64,000 nt of DNA from Rubripirellula sp. (GTDB lineage Bacteria; Planctomycetota; Planctomycetia; Pirellulales; Pirellulaceae). The stretch is taken from the NCBI GenBank assembly GCA_965216875.1, contig OZ244207.1, positions 7,776,001 through 7,840,000 on the forward strand. Direction: 5' to 3'. A model generated the notes under the pieces. The model ran no database searches and was not told where the DNA came from. It worked only from the letters and a program-made list of their open reading frames with translations. A program made the translations under genes and the position numbers. Shown in pieces: positions 35,963 to 46,681 of this stretch (position 1 is the stretch's first letter; the number at the start of each line of letters is the position of its first letter).

Positions 35963-37810
35963 ATGCTCTCTCGATATTCAACCCATCGCGCCCGTCAGAT
36001 CTTTGGTTTCGGTCTGCTCGTCCTGTTTGTGACGCCCTGCCTTGGCGATGAAAAAGCCAAGCCGGTTTTCAAGGATGGCGAGGCGCAGGTTGTGCCTGAA
36101 TTCGCCGATTCGGACTACTGGATTTGGGAAGACCTTTGGGTTGAGACAGAATTCGATTCCGATGGCGACTCGAAACTTGATCGAATGCACGTCAGCGTGA
36201 CGCGGCCACGACAGACCGAATCCGAAGGTCTGAAGCTTCCGGTCATCTATCTTTCAAGTCCTTACTATGCCGGTGTTGGCGCACAGGGACGTGAGTACTT
36301 TTGGGATCCGAAACAAGAATTAGGTGACGAGCCGCCGAAACGTAAACCCTTTCCGCCCGTCGAGCGTCGCGGCAAGCGGCCGATCATTTCGAAGTCGCAC
36401 ACAAAGACCTGGGTGCCGCGAGGCTTTGTCGTCGTCCACTCCAGTTCGCCGGGAACGGGATTGTCACAGGGGTGCGTGACGATCGGTGGTGACAACGAAT
36501 CACTCGCACCGAAAGCTGTCGTCGATTGGTTGTGCGGCAGAGCAAAGGGCTTCACCGAGGTCGATGGAAACGAAGAGGTCAAAGCGAGCTGGTCGACTGG
36601 GAAAGTAGGCATGATCGGCACGTCATTTAACGGCACACTCGCGCTTGCTGCGGCAACGACGGGTGTCGACGGGCTCGAAGCGATCATTCCCGTCGCACCC
36701 AACACGTCGTACTACCACTACTATCGATCCAACGGTCTGGTGCGACATCCGGGCGGGTATTTGGGGGAAGACATCGACTACTTGTACGACTATGTCCACA
36801 GTGGTGCCGAAGCGATGCGCGAACACTGCGATTGCGAAGTTCGCGATAAAGAGATGCTCGAGAAATTCGATCGAGCCAATGGCGACTACAACGATTTTTG
36901 GGCTGGCCGCGATTACATCCACGACCTCAAGCCGCTCAAGGCTGCCGTGTTGATGGCTCACGCATTCAACGATTGGAACGTCGTTCCCGAGCACAGCGTA
37001 CGCATCGTCCAAGAGTTGAAGAAGAAGGACATTCCGTTGCAGGTCTACTTCCATCAAGGTGGTCACGGTGGTGAACCGCCGATGAAGATGACCAACCGCT
37101 GGTTCACTCGCTACTTACACGGTGTCGAGAATGGCGTTGAAGAGGACGCTCGAGCCTGGATCGTTCGCGAGAAAGCTGATCGCCAAAAGCCGACCGCCTA
37201 TGACGCTTGGCCAAACCCGAAGTCCGAAGCCGTCCAGTTCTTCCCTCAGGGCAACGCGCCTGGTCGCGGCACGTTGTCTTTCGCTCCGCAAACCGACGGC
37301 AAAAAACGCGAGACGATCATCGACAACTTCTCGTTTGACGGGGCATCACTGGCCCAGGCGGATTCGACAGACCATCGCTTGCTGTTCGTCACTCACGAGT
37401 TGTCAAAGCCGGTTCACATTTCCGGAACGCCCAAAGTCACGATTCGCCTCGCGTGTGATCGTCCGGCAGCAAACCTGTCCGTTTGGCTCGTTTCACTACC
37501 GTGGAACAAAGATCGCAACGCAAAGATCACCGACAACATCATCACTCGAGGTTGGGCGGATCCGCAGAATCACAAGTCGATCCGAAAAGGCGAACCCCTT
37601 GAGCCGGGTAAGTTCTATGATGTTTCGTTTGATCTTCAGCCCGATGACCAGGTGATCGAAAAGGGCCAACAGATCGGCTTGATGATCTTTTCAAGTGACC
37701 GCGACTTTACCCTGCACCCCGAACCGGGAACCAAGTTGACGATCGATCTGCCCGGCACATCGCTGGAATTGCCAGTGGTCGGCGGCAAGCAAGCCTTTGA
37801 GCACGAGTAG
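35963..37810 (+). CDS. pepX: Xaa-Pro dipeptidyl-peptidase (S15)
   Basis: SSPYY, GTGLSQGC, GTSFNG (catalytic Ser), DWNV, HQGGH, ITRGWADPQN. Confidence 0.9.
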   Translation: MLSRYSTHRARQIFGFGLLVLFVTPCLGDEKAKPVFKDGEAQVVPEFADSDYWIWEDLWVETEFDSDGDSKLDRMHVSVTRPRQTESEGLKLPVIYLSSPYYAGVGAQGREYFWDPKQELGDEPPKRKPFPPVERRGKRPIISKSHTKTWVPRGFVVVHSSSPGTGLSQGCVTIGGDNESLAPKAVVDWLCGRAKGFTEVDGNEEVKASWSTGKVGMIGTSFNGTLALAAATTGVDGLEAIIPVAPNTSYYHYYRSNGLVRHPGGYLGEDIDYLYDYVHSGAEAMREHCDCEVRDKEMLEKFDRANGDYNDFWAGRDYIHDLKPLKAAVLMAHAFNDWNVVPEHSVRIVQELKKKDIPLQVYFHQGGHGGEPPMKMTNRWFTRYLHGVENGVEEDARAWIVREKADRQKPTAYDAWPNPKSEAVQFFPQGNAPGRGTLSFAPQTDGKKRETIIDNFSFDGASLAQADSTDHRLLFVTHELSKPVHISGTPKVTIRLACDRPAANLSVWLVSLPWNKDRNAKITDNIITRGWADPQNHKSIRKGEPLEPGKFYDVSFDLQPDDQVIEKGQQIGLMIFSSDRDFTLHPEPGTKLTIDLPGTSLELPVVGGKQAFEHE

Positions 37811-37896
37811 GCCGGATCAAGGAGCGCCAGCGACGCAGATCCGGCACAGACGGAGAGCTTGGGAGTGTAGCGCCCGACGCCAGCGCGTTCGGCTCA
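37807..37896. repeat. GTAG-type REP hairpin plus half of a second repeat family
   Basis: GTAG-GCCGGATC...GATCCGGC (37807-37845); 37873-37896 is the reverse complement (23/24) of 48400-48423. Confidence 0.78.
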
Positions 37897-38052
37897 TTCG
37901 ATTCGCTTCTGTTCGTTGTCCCACTCTTTTGATGGAACAGACAAGCGATTTCGGCGAAAGCCCGGTCCGACAAACTGTCTGTTTCACCGGCTCGAGCCTT
38001 TGCGACTAGAATTGATTAACCCGCCTTAGCTACCCCGCCCAAAACTCAACGA

Positions 38053-40476
38053 ATGAGCCTCATCATCTCGATTCGCCCCCTCGCGGCTTGTTCCTTCGCG
38101 TTGACCCTCTTGGTCTCATTGCTTCATGCAGATACGCCGAAAGGTTTTTCCGATAAGGCTGGGCATGAACTGCAGTTCGTCTCCGGAGGACGTTACGTCC
38201 AGGGGACGACCGGAGGTGAGACTCGCTTGAGTCGAGCGTTTCCGTTGTCGACTACAGGGCAATTCTTCGGCAACGCCGAATCTCCTGCCCATCTCGTTTG
38301 GATCACCAAGCCGTTCTACATCGCAAAGCACGAAGTGACCGTTGGCCAATTCCAACGTTTCGTTGCCGCGACCGGATACAAGACGTCGGCAGAATCGGGA
38401 AAGACGGAAATGGTGGGTTGGGACCCGACGCCCGAAGACAAACCTCTCTATCAGTCACACGATTTCCGGCGTGATTCGAAGTTCGATTGGAAGCAACCGG
38501 GGTTCAAGCAAGAACCGAATCACCCGGTTGTCGGTGTCAGTTGGGCGGACGCCAAAGCGTATTGTGATTGGCTTAGTCAACAAGAAGGCGTTACCTATCG
38601 CTTGCCGACCGAGGCCGAATGGGAACTTGCTTGTCGTGCAGGCACGTCGACTTGGTTTTCCTTTGGGGATGTGGCACAGGGGGTTGCGCACAAACACGGG
38701 AATCTCGGCAACGTCGAACTTGAAAAGCACCGGAAGCATTCGGCAGAACGCCAGTGGTTGATGGATTGGGACAACGCGCCTCACGACGGCTATGTCTTTA
38801 CTGCACCGGTTGGTCACTACCACGCCAACCCTTGGGGGCTCCATGACATGCACGGGAACGTCTGGGAATGGTGCGAGGACCTTTGGTTGGACACCTTTTT
38901 CAACCAGTACAAGAAGCCGCGCTACGATCAGCCTTGTGAAACGGGCGTGGATCCATTCAACGGAGATCAACCTCAGACCACGACCAACGACTTCCATGCT
39001 ATCCGCGGTGGCAGTTGGTACAACGGCGACATCGTTTGTCGAAGTGCCAATCGCACTTACTGGGACCGCGACGACGCAGCTTGTTATGTCGGCTTCCGCG
39101 TGGTTCGCGAAGCATCACCTGAAGCACCGCGTCCTTTCCAACAATCGCTTGAACGCGAACGTGAAGTCTACGCGAAAATCGAAGCTGCGGGTGGTCGGGT
39201 TTATTCGTCCGATGGCCTCGACGTCGATGTCCGATTTTCCGGCGACCACTTTGATGAATCGATCTTTGAATCGCTCAAGCACCTGCCAGAGCTTCGTCGT
39301 TTGACGATCGGTTGGCAGACACGTGATGCCTACTTGAGCGAGGATGCGATTTCGTCCATTTCGAAGCTGTCGTCACTTGAAGAGCTCGAGTTTCATCGTT
39401 GCCTGGACCCCACACAACTCAACCTCGCGCCCTTGACTCGATTGAAGCGATTGAAGTCCCTTTCGTTTCCACGAGTTGCGCCGATTCAAGATCGGCATTT
39501 GAAGTCGTTGGCCGGCTTCGAATCGTTGACGGAGTTCTCTTGCTACGGGACGAACGGGTTACTGACCGACGCGGGTATCGAGCAGCTAAGTGGAAACGCG
39601 GGACTGTCCGCATTGCGGGTTTGGGAGTGCGACGCAACGGGGGCGTTTCTTGAAGCTTTTTCAGAGTGCCCTCTTCGTGAGCTTGCCGTCACTCGTCGTT
39701 ACAACGGAAAGGGGACGCTTCAGCAAGAACCTCTCAATGCGATTGGTCAGTTTGGTGAACTCACGACATTGGAACTAACCGGACAATCGCAACTCGATTC
39801 GCTTGAGTTCTTGGTCGAGCTACCGATGCTCGAACGACTCGTGCTGGATGGTTGCTCGGGACTGACCGATGCCGAGCTCTCGCGCGTGGGACATTTGACG
39901 CGTTTGCGCGAGTTGAGGTTGCGCGACACGCAAGCGGGCGAGTTGACTGGTGCGGCGATCGGCGAAATACCTCGGATACGCTCGCTCGAGATTCGATCCG
40001 ACAACCTCAGCAATGACGCCATCAAGTCGATTGCCCAAGCGTTTTCGCTGCAATACTTGAATATTGCTTCCATCCAAATGGACGACGACGCGCTGCGTCA
40101 CTTGGGCCGGATCAATCGACTGGATCGGTTGGTGGTTCAGTCGCCACGGATCACGGGGCAAGGACTTGGGCCAGTGGCCGAGTTGCCTGATCTCAAAGAC
40201 GTCTCACTGCTCACGCCTGGTTTGACTGACTTGGTCTTTGAGCATTTTTCACAATCGAAATCGATCTTGAAGTTGCGACTGGCGCACCGCGGCTCGAAAC
40301 CACCGGCGGCACTCACTGACGATGGCATGGTCAAAATGCAGAAAGCCAAACAGCTCAAGGAATTGTGGCTGCCGCGAAATGGGACGGCCATGACTGAAGC
40401 GAAAATGAACGAACTCAACCAACAGATGCCGCAAACAGGCGTCATCCCCTACACGGTTGCGTGGGAGGAAGAGTGA
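38053..40476 (+). CDS. FGE-sulfatase (SUMF1-like) domain plus leucine-rich repeat protein
   Basis: Signal peptide; EVTVGQF, HPVVGVSW, RLPTEAEWE, GNVWEW, RGGSW, GFR; then many LxxLxxL repeats. Confidence 0.9.
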   Translation: MSLIISIRPLAACSFALTLLVSLLHADTPKGFSDKAGHELQFVSGGRYVQGTTGGETRLSRAFPLSTTGQFFGNAESPAHLVWITKPFYIAKHEVTVGQFQRFVAATGYKTSAESGKTEMVGWDPTPEDKPLYQSHDFRRDSKFDWKQPGFKQEPNHPVVGVSWADAKAYCDWLSQQEGVTYRLPTEAEWELACRAGTSTWFSFGDVAQGVAHKHGNLGNVELEKHRKHSAERQWLMDWDNAPHDGYVFTAPVGHYHANPWGLHDMHGNVWEWCEDLWLDTFFNQYKKPRYDQPCETGVDPFNGDQPQTTTNDFHAIRGGSWYNGDIVCRSANRTYWDRDDAACYVGFRVVREASPEAPRPFQQSLEREREVYAKIEAAGGRVYSSDGLDVDVRFSGDHFDESIFESLKHLPELRRLTIGWQTRDAYLSEDAISSISKLSSLEELEFHRCLDPTQLNLAPLTRLKRLKSLSFPRVAPIQDRHLKSLAGFESLTEFSCYGTNGLLTDAGIEQLSGNAGLSALRVWECDATGAFLEAFSECPLRELAVTRRYNGKGTLQQEPLNAIGQFGELTTLELTGQSQLDSLEFLVELPMLERLVLDGCSGLTDAELSRVGHLTRLRELRLRDTQAGELTGAAIGEIPRIRSLEIRSDNLSNDAIKSIAQAFSLQYLNIASIQMDDDALRHLGRINRLDRLVVQSPRITGQGLGPVAELPDLKDVSLLTPGLTDLVFEHFSQSKSILKLRLAHRGSKPPAALTDDGMVKMQKAKQLKELWLPRNGTAMTEAKMNELNQQMPQTGVIPYTVAWEEE

Positions 40477-43055
40477 CCGTGCAGATGGACAATCGTTTCT
40501 TAGCGAAACATCGGGCGGGGATTCGCGGTTCGATCGTTTTCGGGATTACCGTGGTTCTGGGGGTGATCTCTTCGAAGGGCATTGGCGCCGAGCCGCTCGA
40601 CGCCGAAGGCTTTCGGTCGTCTGTGAGGCCGTTCGTTCAACGCTACTGTGTTCAATGCCATGGGCCCGAGTCACAGGAGGCGGACCTGCGGCTGGACGAT
40701 CTCGCCGCCGACTTTTCAGATTCATCGGTGGCGGGCAAGTGGATCGAAGTGATGGACAATCTCAACCTCGGGGAAATGCCACCCGAGGATGAGCCGCAAC
40801 CGCCCGACGAGCTTCGAGCTCGAGTGACGAATTGGATATCAGTGGAACTGAAGCACGCCCAGTTACTCGCCAATGGCACCGGCGGAAGGGTTCTGATGCG
40901 GCGACTTTCCCGCACCGAGTACGCCAATGCGGTGCGAGATCTGCTTGACGTCGAATTCTTGCCAGGGGAAGGGCCCCAGGATTTGTTGCCTCCCGATGGA
41001 ACCCTCAACGGATTCGACAAGGTTGGTAAAGCGTTGTTGCTCGACCCGTCGTTGATGGAAAACTACTTTGCCGTTGCGCAGCGCGTTGCTGAGAAGGCGA
41101 TTGTCACTGGCGCGCCGCCCGTACCCACTCGAATCAATCGGATGGAATACGAAGAAATCAGCGGTGGCATTGAATACATCAAGAAGTCGCGGTCAACCAT
41201 TGTCACGCCCGACGGGATCCTTTCGATGGCCCAGGGGATGCGTTCGGACGAAATGTTGCGTCACCCTTGGAACGACCAACTCATTCCCATTCGGGGCAAC
41301 TACAAACTACGTCTGCGAGTGGGGGCCGATCCCAAAGACCGCGAGGGACTTTACATTCGGGTGAGCCGCGGGGGTGATGGCGATCTGTATGTTGGCAAGG
41401 TGACCGGGACACTTGCTGAACCTGAATTGATTGAAGTTGAGCGCGCGTTCGATGTTCCCGGCAGCAGCGAGATTGGGATTCAATTTGAAAACTCGCCAGA
41501 CTTCGGACGAGTGAACTACCTTTACTCGAAGCTGCGTGAGCAATCCGAAAAAGCGATCGCCAGCAAAGACGCACGACTTGCCGGGCGTCTCCGAGCCCAA
41601 ATGGGCGCTCAAGGTTTTCCCAATCAGGGGCGTCTCAATCCGGAGACGCGAACAACCGATCATCTGCCGCGGATCTTTTTTGATTGGATTGAGCTGGAGG
41701 GCCCGATTTACGATCAATGGCCACCCCGTAGCACGCAGCGCATCTTTTTTCGAGGTTTGCCGGACGCGGATGCAAGTCGCGAGGACCAACTGCTCTACGC
41801 GCATGAAATCTTCGCAAGGCTCCTGCCGCGAGCGTTCCGGCGTCCCGTGCGTCCTGAGGAGATCGCTTCGATTGTTGGCGTCGTGGGAAGCGAATTGGAA
41901 CATGGTGAAACGATGGCATCGGCGACGCAATCTGGTTTGATTGCGATGTTGTGTAGTCCTAGTTTTCTCTTGACCTACGAACCGAATTCACAAAGCGATG
42001 GGGCACCGCGGGGGATCAATGACTTTGAACTCGCAACACGGTTAAGTCTGTTTCTTTGGAGTTCGATACCTGATGATCCGTTGTATCGTCAGGCCATGGC
42101 AAAAGAGTTAAGGGACCAAGAGAATTTGCTGACGCAAGTTCGACGAATGCTCGACGATCCTCGCTCTGACGCTTTGGTTGACGGGTTTGCACGCCAATGG
42201 TTCAAGGCGGACGAGTTTGATCGTTTCGCCATTGATCGAAATCTCTATCGGGACTTTTATCGAACTGAGAACGTTGGCCTTAACGAAGCCATCAACGCCG
42301 AGCCTTTGGAGTTCTTTCGACACATCCTCAATGAAGAGGGGAGCGTGCTCGATTTTCTCGATGCCGATTGGACGATGGCCAACGGAGTGCTGGCGAACTA
42401 CTACGGCATTCCGGACGTCCAGGGCGAACGATTCGTACGCGTTTCCCTTCCGCCCCAGCTTCATCGAGGCGGATTGACAACGATGGCCGCGATTCACAAA
42501 TGGGGCAGTGATGGAAACCGGACGAAACCAGTGGAACGCGGCAAGTACATTTTGGATGTCCTGTTTAACGATCCGCCCAAGCCACCGCCGCCGAACGTCG
42601 GTGAAGTCGAACCCAACGTCAAAGGCGAAGATCTGACAGTGCGACAGCGGTTGGATCAACATCGTACAATCGCCGCGTGTGCGAATTGCCACCGCACGAT
42701 TGATCCGTACGGGCTGGCGCTGGAAAACTTTAATGTGGTAGGAAAGTGGCGGACGAAGCAAGATGGAGAACGCGGGTGGTGGCCAGACGAGGCGGTCATT
42801 GACTCCTCGGGAACGTTACCCAACGGCGTTCATTTTGAAAACGTTGAAGAGTTTCGAGCGGCGTTGCGTCAGCAAGACGATCGCTTTTTGCGTGGATTGT
42901 GCGAGAAGATGTTCACCTACGCCTTGGGGCGGACGGTGGAACCTACCGATCGTGCGACGATTGACCATCTGGTCGACCACGTCAAAAAGAACGGTCACAC
43001 GCTACGAAGTTTGATAGAAGGTATTGTGCTAACGCAGTCGTTTCTGAGCAAATAG
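40473..43055 (+). CDS. DUF1592/DUF1588/DUF1585 planctomycete cytochrome c protein
   Basis: CVQCH, RRLSRTEY, RAFRRP, ELATRLSLFLW, CANCH, YALGR; GTG start overlaps the upstream TGA. Confidence 0.92.
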   Translation: MTVQMDNRFLAKHRAGIRGSIVFGITVVLGVISSKGIGAEPLDAEGFRSSVRPFVQRYCVQCHGPESQEADLRLDDLAADFSDSSVAGKWIEVMDNLNLGEMPPEDEPQPPDELRARVTNWISVELKHAQLLANGTGGRVLMRRLSRTEYANAVRDLLDVEFLPGEGPQDLLPPDGTLNGFDKVGKALLLDPSLMENYFAVAQRVAEKAIVTGAPPVPTRINRMEYEEISGGIEYIKKSRSTIVTPDGILSMAQGMRSDEMLRHPWNDQLIPIRGNYKLRLRVGADPKDREGLYIRVSRGGDGDLYVGKVTGTLAEPELIEVERAFDVPGSSEIGIQFENSPDFGRVNYLYSKLREQSEKAIASKDARLAGRLRAQMGAQGFPNQGRLNPETRTTDHLPRIFFDWIELEGPIYDQWPPRSTQRIFFRGLPDADASREDQLLYAHEIFARLLPRAFRRPVRPEEIASIVGVVGSELEHGETMASATQSGLIAMLCSPSFLLTYEPNSQSDGAPRGINDFELATRLSLFLWSSIPDDPLYRQAMAKELRDQENLLTQVRRMLDDPRSDALVDGFARQWFKADEFDRFAIDRNLYRDFYRTENVGLNEAINAEPLEFFRHILNEEGSVLDFLDADWTMANGVLANYYGIPDVQGERFVRVSLPPQLHRGGLTTMAAIHKWGSDGNRTKPVERGKYILDVLFNDPPKPPPPNVGEVEPNVKGEDLTVRQRLDQHRTIAACANCHRTIDPYGLALENFNVVGKWRTKQDGERGWWPDEAVIDSSGTLPNGVHFENVEEFRAALRQQDDRFLRGLCEKMFTYALGRTVEPTDRATIDHLVDHVKKNGHTLRSLIEGIVLTQSFLSK

Positions 43056-43097
43056 AGACGAAACAACCAGCAGTTCCCTCAATGGGGTCGACGATCA

Positions 43098-44435
43098 ATG
43101 AGTAAACCAAGTTCCCTGTCTCTGTCGCGACGCACCGTTCTCCGAGGTGCTGGGGCAACGATGGCGCTGCCCATGTTGGAAATCATGATGCCATCGTCGC
43201 GGGCCCTTGCGCAATCGGACGAAGCCATTCCAAAGCGGATTGGGCTTTTCTATTTTGGCACGGGCATGAACATGCGCGAGCTCGAGCCGCACGACGAGGG
43301 CAAGGCCTACACGCTCTCGCCAACGCTCAAGGTGCTTGCGGACCACAAAGACGACTTCACCGTTTTTTCAGGCACTTACCTTGAACATGGTGGTGGCCAC
43401 AACGGCGACTACACGTTTTCGACGGGAGTCAAAGCTCGAGATGGCGGCACGATTAAGAATTCCATTTCGATGGATCAAGTCGCCGCGGAACAGATTGGCC
43501 GGCAAACGCGATTCCCTTCGCTGCAAATGTGCATCGAGCGAGGGACGGGGTTTGGAGCCAATTTGAGAACCCTTTCGTGGAACCGAAACGGTGTGCCGCT
43601 CGCCTCGGAAAACGACCCGCATGTTCTTTTCAATCGGCTCTTCAAAGTGGATGGCCCTGAAGAACAACAACTACGCAAACGAGGTTTTCGACAACGCCGC
43701 AGTATTCTCGATGTGGTCAAGGACGACGCGAAGCGGTTGGAACGCCGAGTTGGCAAGCAGGATCAAGCCAAGTTGAACGAATACTATTCCAGCGTTCGAG
43801 AAGTTGAAAAACAGTTGGAGCGGGATGTTGACTGGAGTATCAAACCGAAGCCTGAAATCGACACGACAGGCATGAGTGACTTCTCGCGAAGTTATCACAA
43901 CCACATGCCGGCTGGACAATTTGTTTACGAAAACTATGCCAAGATGATGTACGACCTCATCGCCCTGGCTTTCGAAACGGATTCCACTCGAGTTGCCAGC
44001 TATGTGGTTCGCCAAGAGAGTTCAGGCGGGACGTTTCCTGAGTTTGGCGTTTCAAAAGGTTTTCATGAGTTGACTCACCACGGCAACGACCCCAAGAACT
44101 TGGCCGAACTCGCCAAGGTCGACCGCATCTATTTTTCGCACTGGGACTATTTCATTCGACGGCTCAAGTCGATGAAGCAAGCGGATGGGAACTCGCTGCT
44201 CGATCATTGCCTGCTTGGGTTTTCCAGCGGGATGGGGATTGGGCATTCCAAAGATCGCCTGCCAACGTGCCTGTTCGGTGGCTCGGCGGCTGGCGTTCAT
44301 CATCAGGGGCATCTGCGTCTACCAGAAAAGACGCCGCTTTCCCGAGTGTGGCACACGATGCTCGATCGGGCGGGTGTGAGTGTTCCCGAAACCTTCCAAG
44401 ATTCCAGCGGCGTGATCTCGGAACTGGTTGGCTAA
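43098..44435 (+). CDS. DUF1552 domain protein
   Basis: SRRTVLRGAGATMALPMLE, SMDQVAA, SILD, LAFETDSTRV, LLDH; usual partner of DUF1592. Confidence 0.92.
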   Translation: MSKPSSLSLSRRTVLRGAGATMALPMLEIMMPSSRALAQSDEAIPKRIGLFYFGTGMNMRELEPHDEGKAYTLSPTLKVLADHKDDFTVFSGTYLEHGGGHNGDYTFSTGVKARDGGTIKNSISMDQVAAEQIGRQTRFPSLQMCIERGTGFGANLRTLSWNRNGVPLASENDPHVLFNRLFKVDGPEEQQLRKRGFRQRRSILDVVKDDAKRLERRVGKQDQAKLNEYYSSVREVEKQLERDVDWSIKPKPEIDTTGMSDFSRSYHNHMPAGQFVYENYAKMMYDLIALAFETDSTRVASYVVRQESSGGTFPEFGVSKGFHELTHHGNDPKNLAELAKVDRIYFSHWDYFIRRLKSMKQADGNSLLDHCLLGFSSGMGIGHSKDRLPTCLFGGSAAGVHHQGHLRLPEKTPLSRVWHTMLDRAGVSVPETFQDSSGVISELVG

Positions 44436-44565
44436 GAGTGGTTAGAGGCAACGCACCACTAATCGACTCTTACCGAACACTGATCAAGGTGGCTTGGGCG
44501 ATCGAAATGGCGATATCCAATTGCTTCACGCAGGTCACGTTGACAGGGCAGGCCTGAGTCGAGCT

Positions 44566-45051
44566 CTATTCGATCGCATCTTGACTGCTCGGCCGTGGGA
44601 CGGGCCGGAGGCCGATCGCGGATCGATGGTCGAGAATTTTATGCATTAGGCATTCGCGAGAATCAAAGGGGCATGTGAATTCCTTGGACAGACGTCCTTC
44701 AACGAAACAGCGGCGGGCATCGACGTGCCGTGAACAACCGATGTGGAACGTTCGCAATTGCGTGTCGTACACGATCATCAGTTCTGGATGGTCGAGGAGA
44801 TGTTGGAAATAGTCTTCGCCCCAATCGTCGATTCCAAATGCATTGTCATGAGGAATGAACTTTCCACCGGTGACCTTGGGGCTATCGTCGCCTGAGAACG
44901 TTTCGAAAAGAAACGCTTCACGCCGCGAGTCGCACAGGGACGCCACTTCGCTGCGGTTCGACTCGTCGAGTGATTCCCACCACTGCACTGCATCGTCGAG
45001 CAGGTCTTCCGGCAGACTGTCGATCAGGATGGTCGGTAGTGTCGAAGTCAT
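44566..45051 (-). CDS. Hypothetical protein with C-terminal Cys/His cluster
   Basis: 161-aa acidic ORF filling the gap; FHIGCSRH..ARRC...FTCPF...CLM. Confidence 0.7.
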   Translation of the reverse strand: MTSTLPTILIDSLPEDLLDDAVQWWESLDESNRSEVASLCDSRREAFLFETFSGDDSPKVTGGKFIPHDNAFGIDDWGEDYFQHLLDHPELMIVYDTQLRTFHIGCSRHVDARRCFVEGRLSKEFTCPFDSRECLMHKILDHRSAIGLRPVPRPSSQDAIE

Positions 45052-45225
45052 GAATGTGGTGCCCCGTTAGATTTTGTGCTCGCCATCCCAGTTGATTCTC
45101 TGCGGGAGAGCTTGGCAGAAACTTTTTCATACCAAAGATCGAACGTATCGTGAATCATCTTCCGCATATCTTCGCGTCGATCTGCGGTGGAATCTCAACC
45201 TCGGAAAATACGGATCCCTCACGTT

Positions 45226-46629
45226 TTAGAGCTGAGGTAATTCGAATCCCACACGCCGTGGCCGCGACAGGAATTGATTGTCCGCGGGGTCTTTGAACGA
45301 TTCCGCTGCGGGGTCCCAATGCAGTGGGTGCTCAATTTGCCTTGCGATGTTGGCCAGGTGGCATGCCGTGATGCTGCGATGGCCAACTTCGGGCGGCGCA
45401 TTGGGAGTGCTGCGCGCCCGCATTGCTTGTTCCCAGTTTTCGATATGGGGACGCGCGACGTGGCCATCGCCGGCCCACCGTTCTTTTTCGTCTTTCGGGG
45501 GCGCGGGCAACAACGAACCGGGTGACGTCTTGTAGTCGTTGCGGGACATTTCCATGGTCCCCTTTTCGCCATGAAAGATCGTTCTGCGAATGCCCGGTTT
45601 GAAATGAATGACTGTGCCGTCGCCGTAAGTCATTTTGATCGGACAAAAACGCGCACGGTCGATTGCCTTGTCTTTGAGTGTCCCGAGAGGCGGTGTTTTC
45701 TCGTGCCATTGATCGTCGACATAGCCGCCAAGGTCGTCAACCAATCGTTCGACACGAGTTGGTCCCGTATCGTCCTTGCCAAGTGCGTATTGCACCATGT
45801 CAACGCTGTGCGCTCCCCAATTGGTCATCAAATGGCCCGAGTAGTCGCGAAATAAATCCCAGCCGCGCCAAACGAGGTAGCCGAAGCGATAAGCATCCTT
45901 GACCCACAAATCCTTGTTGTAGGGGCGAAGAGGCGTGGGCCCGCAGAACATGTCCCAGTTCATCGTGCTGGGGAGTGACTGTTGCGGAAACTCCTTCGCA
46001 ATGACCGGCATCGGTCCAGGCAAGTTGCGTTCTTCCACGAGGTGGATTTTGCCGAGTCCACCGTCGCGAATGAACTCACATGCGCGTTGGTTGATCGACA
46101 TCGTGCGCTGTTGGCTTCCAACCTGAACCACGCGTTTGAGTCGCTGAGCTGCATCGGCGATCGCGCGGCTTTCTTCGATCGTGACGGCCAGCGGTTTTTC
46201 GACGTAGACGTCGGCGCCCGACCGCATGGCGAGTATGGCGGCACCGGCATGATGATGGTCGGGGGCAGCGATGATGATCGCATCAAACTTCTGAGTGCCA
46301 AGCATCTTGCGATAGTCTTGATAGACCTTGCACGTCTTGGCGTCACCCTTGGCGAAACGTTCGAGGATCTTTGTGAATCGCCCCGTAGGATGGGTTGCGG
46401 TCTTGATTTGATCGAGAGAACAATCGCAAAGTGCCGTCACACGAAACGATTCGGGGAGGTTCGCGAGCAGGAACTTCCCCCGCATGCCAATACCGATGAC
46501 TCCAATTTCGATCTTGTCGGAGACAAGAGACGCGGCGGCTCGTGGCATGGTCGACGACATGACCCACGGGACAGCGAGAGCGCCGACGCTCTTGATCGCA
46601 TTACGGCGTGAAGGCTTGGCGGTGGGCAT
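45226..46629 (-). CDS. Gfo/Idh/MocA oxidoreductase, Tat-exported
   Basis: SRRNAIK, GVIGIGMRG, APDHHH, YVEKP, QVGSQQR; start 46629 avoids overlap with the upstream gene. Confidence 0.9.
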   Translation of the reverse strand: MPTAKPSRRNAIKSVGALAVPWVMSSTMPRAAASLVSDKIEIGVIGIGMRGKFLLANLPESFRVTALCDCSLDQIKTATHPTGRFTKILERFAKGDAKTCKVYQDYRKMLGTQKFDAIIIAAPDHHHAGAAILAMRSGADVYVEKPLAVTIEESRAIADAAQRLKRVVQVGSQQRTMSINQRACEFIRDGGLGKIHLVEERNLPGPMPVIAKEFPQQSLPSTMNWDMFCGPTPLRPYNKDLWVKDAYRFGYLVWRGWDLFRDYSGHLMTNWGAHSVDMVQYALGKDDTGPTRVERLVDDLGGYVDDQWHEKTPPLGTLKDKAIDRARFCPIKMTYGDGTVIHFKPGIRRTIFHGEKGTMEMSRNDYKTSPGSLLPAPPKDEKERWAGDGHVARPHIENWEQAMRARSTPNAPPEVGHRSITACHLANIARQIEHPLHWDPAAESFKDPADNQFLSRPRRVGFELPQL

Positions 46630-46681
46630 TGGCAGGTCGGCGGTTGTGGTGGTGGGAACTGTGGGTTGCGCAGTCGGTTGG

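Noticed and set aside
38990..39110. DGR variable region in the FGE-fold domain
   Set aside because: No template repeat or reverse transcriptase in the window, and the domain is internal.
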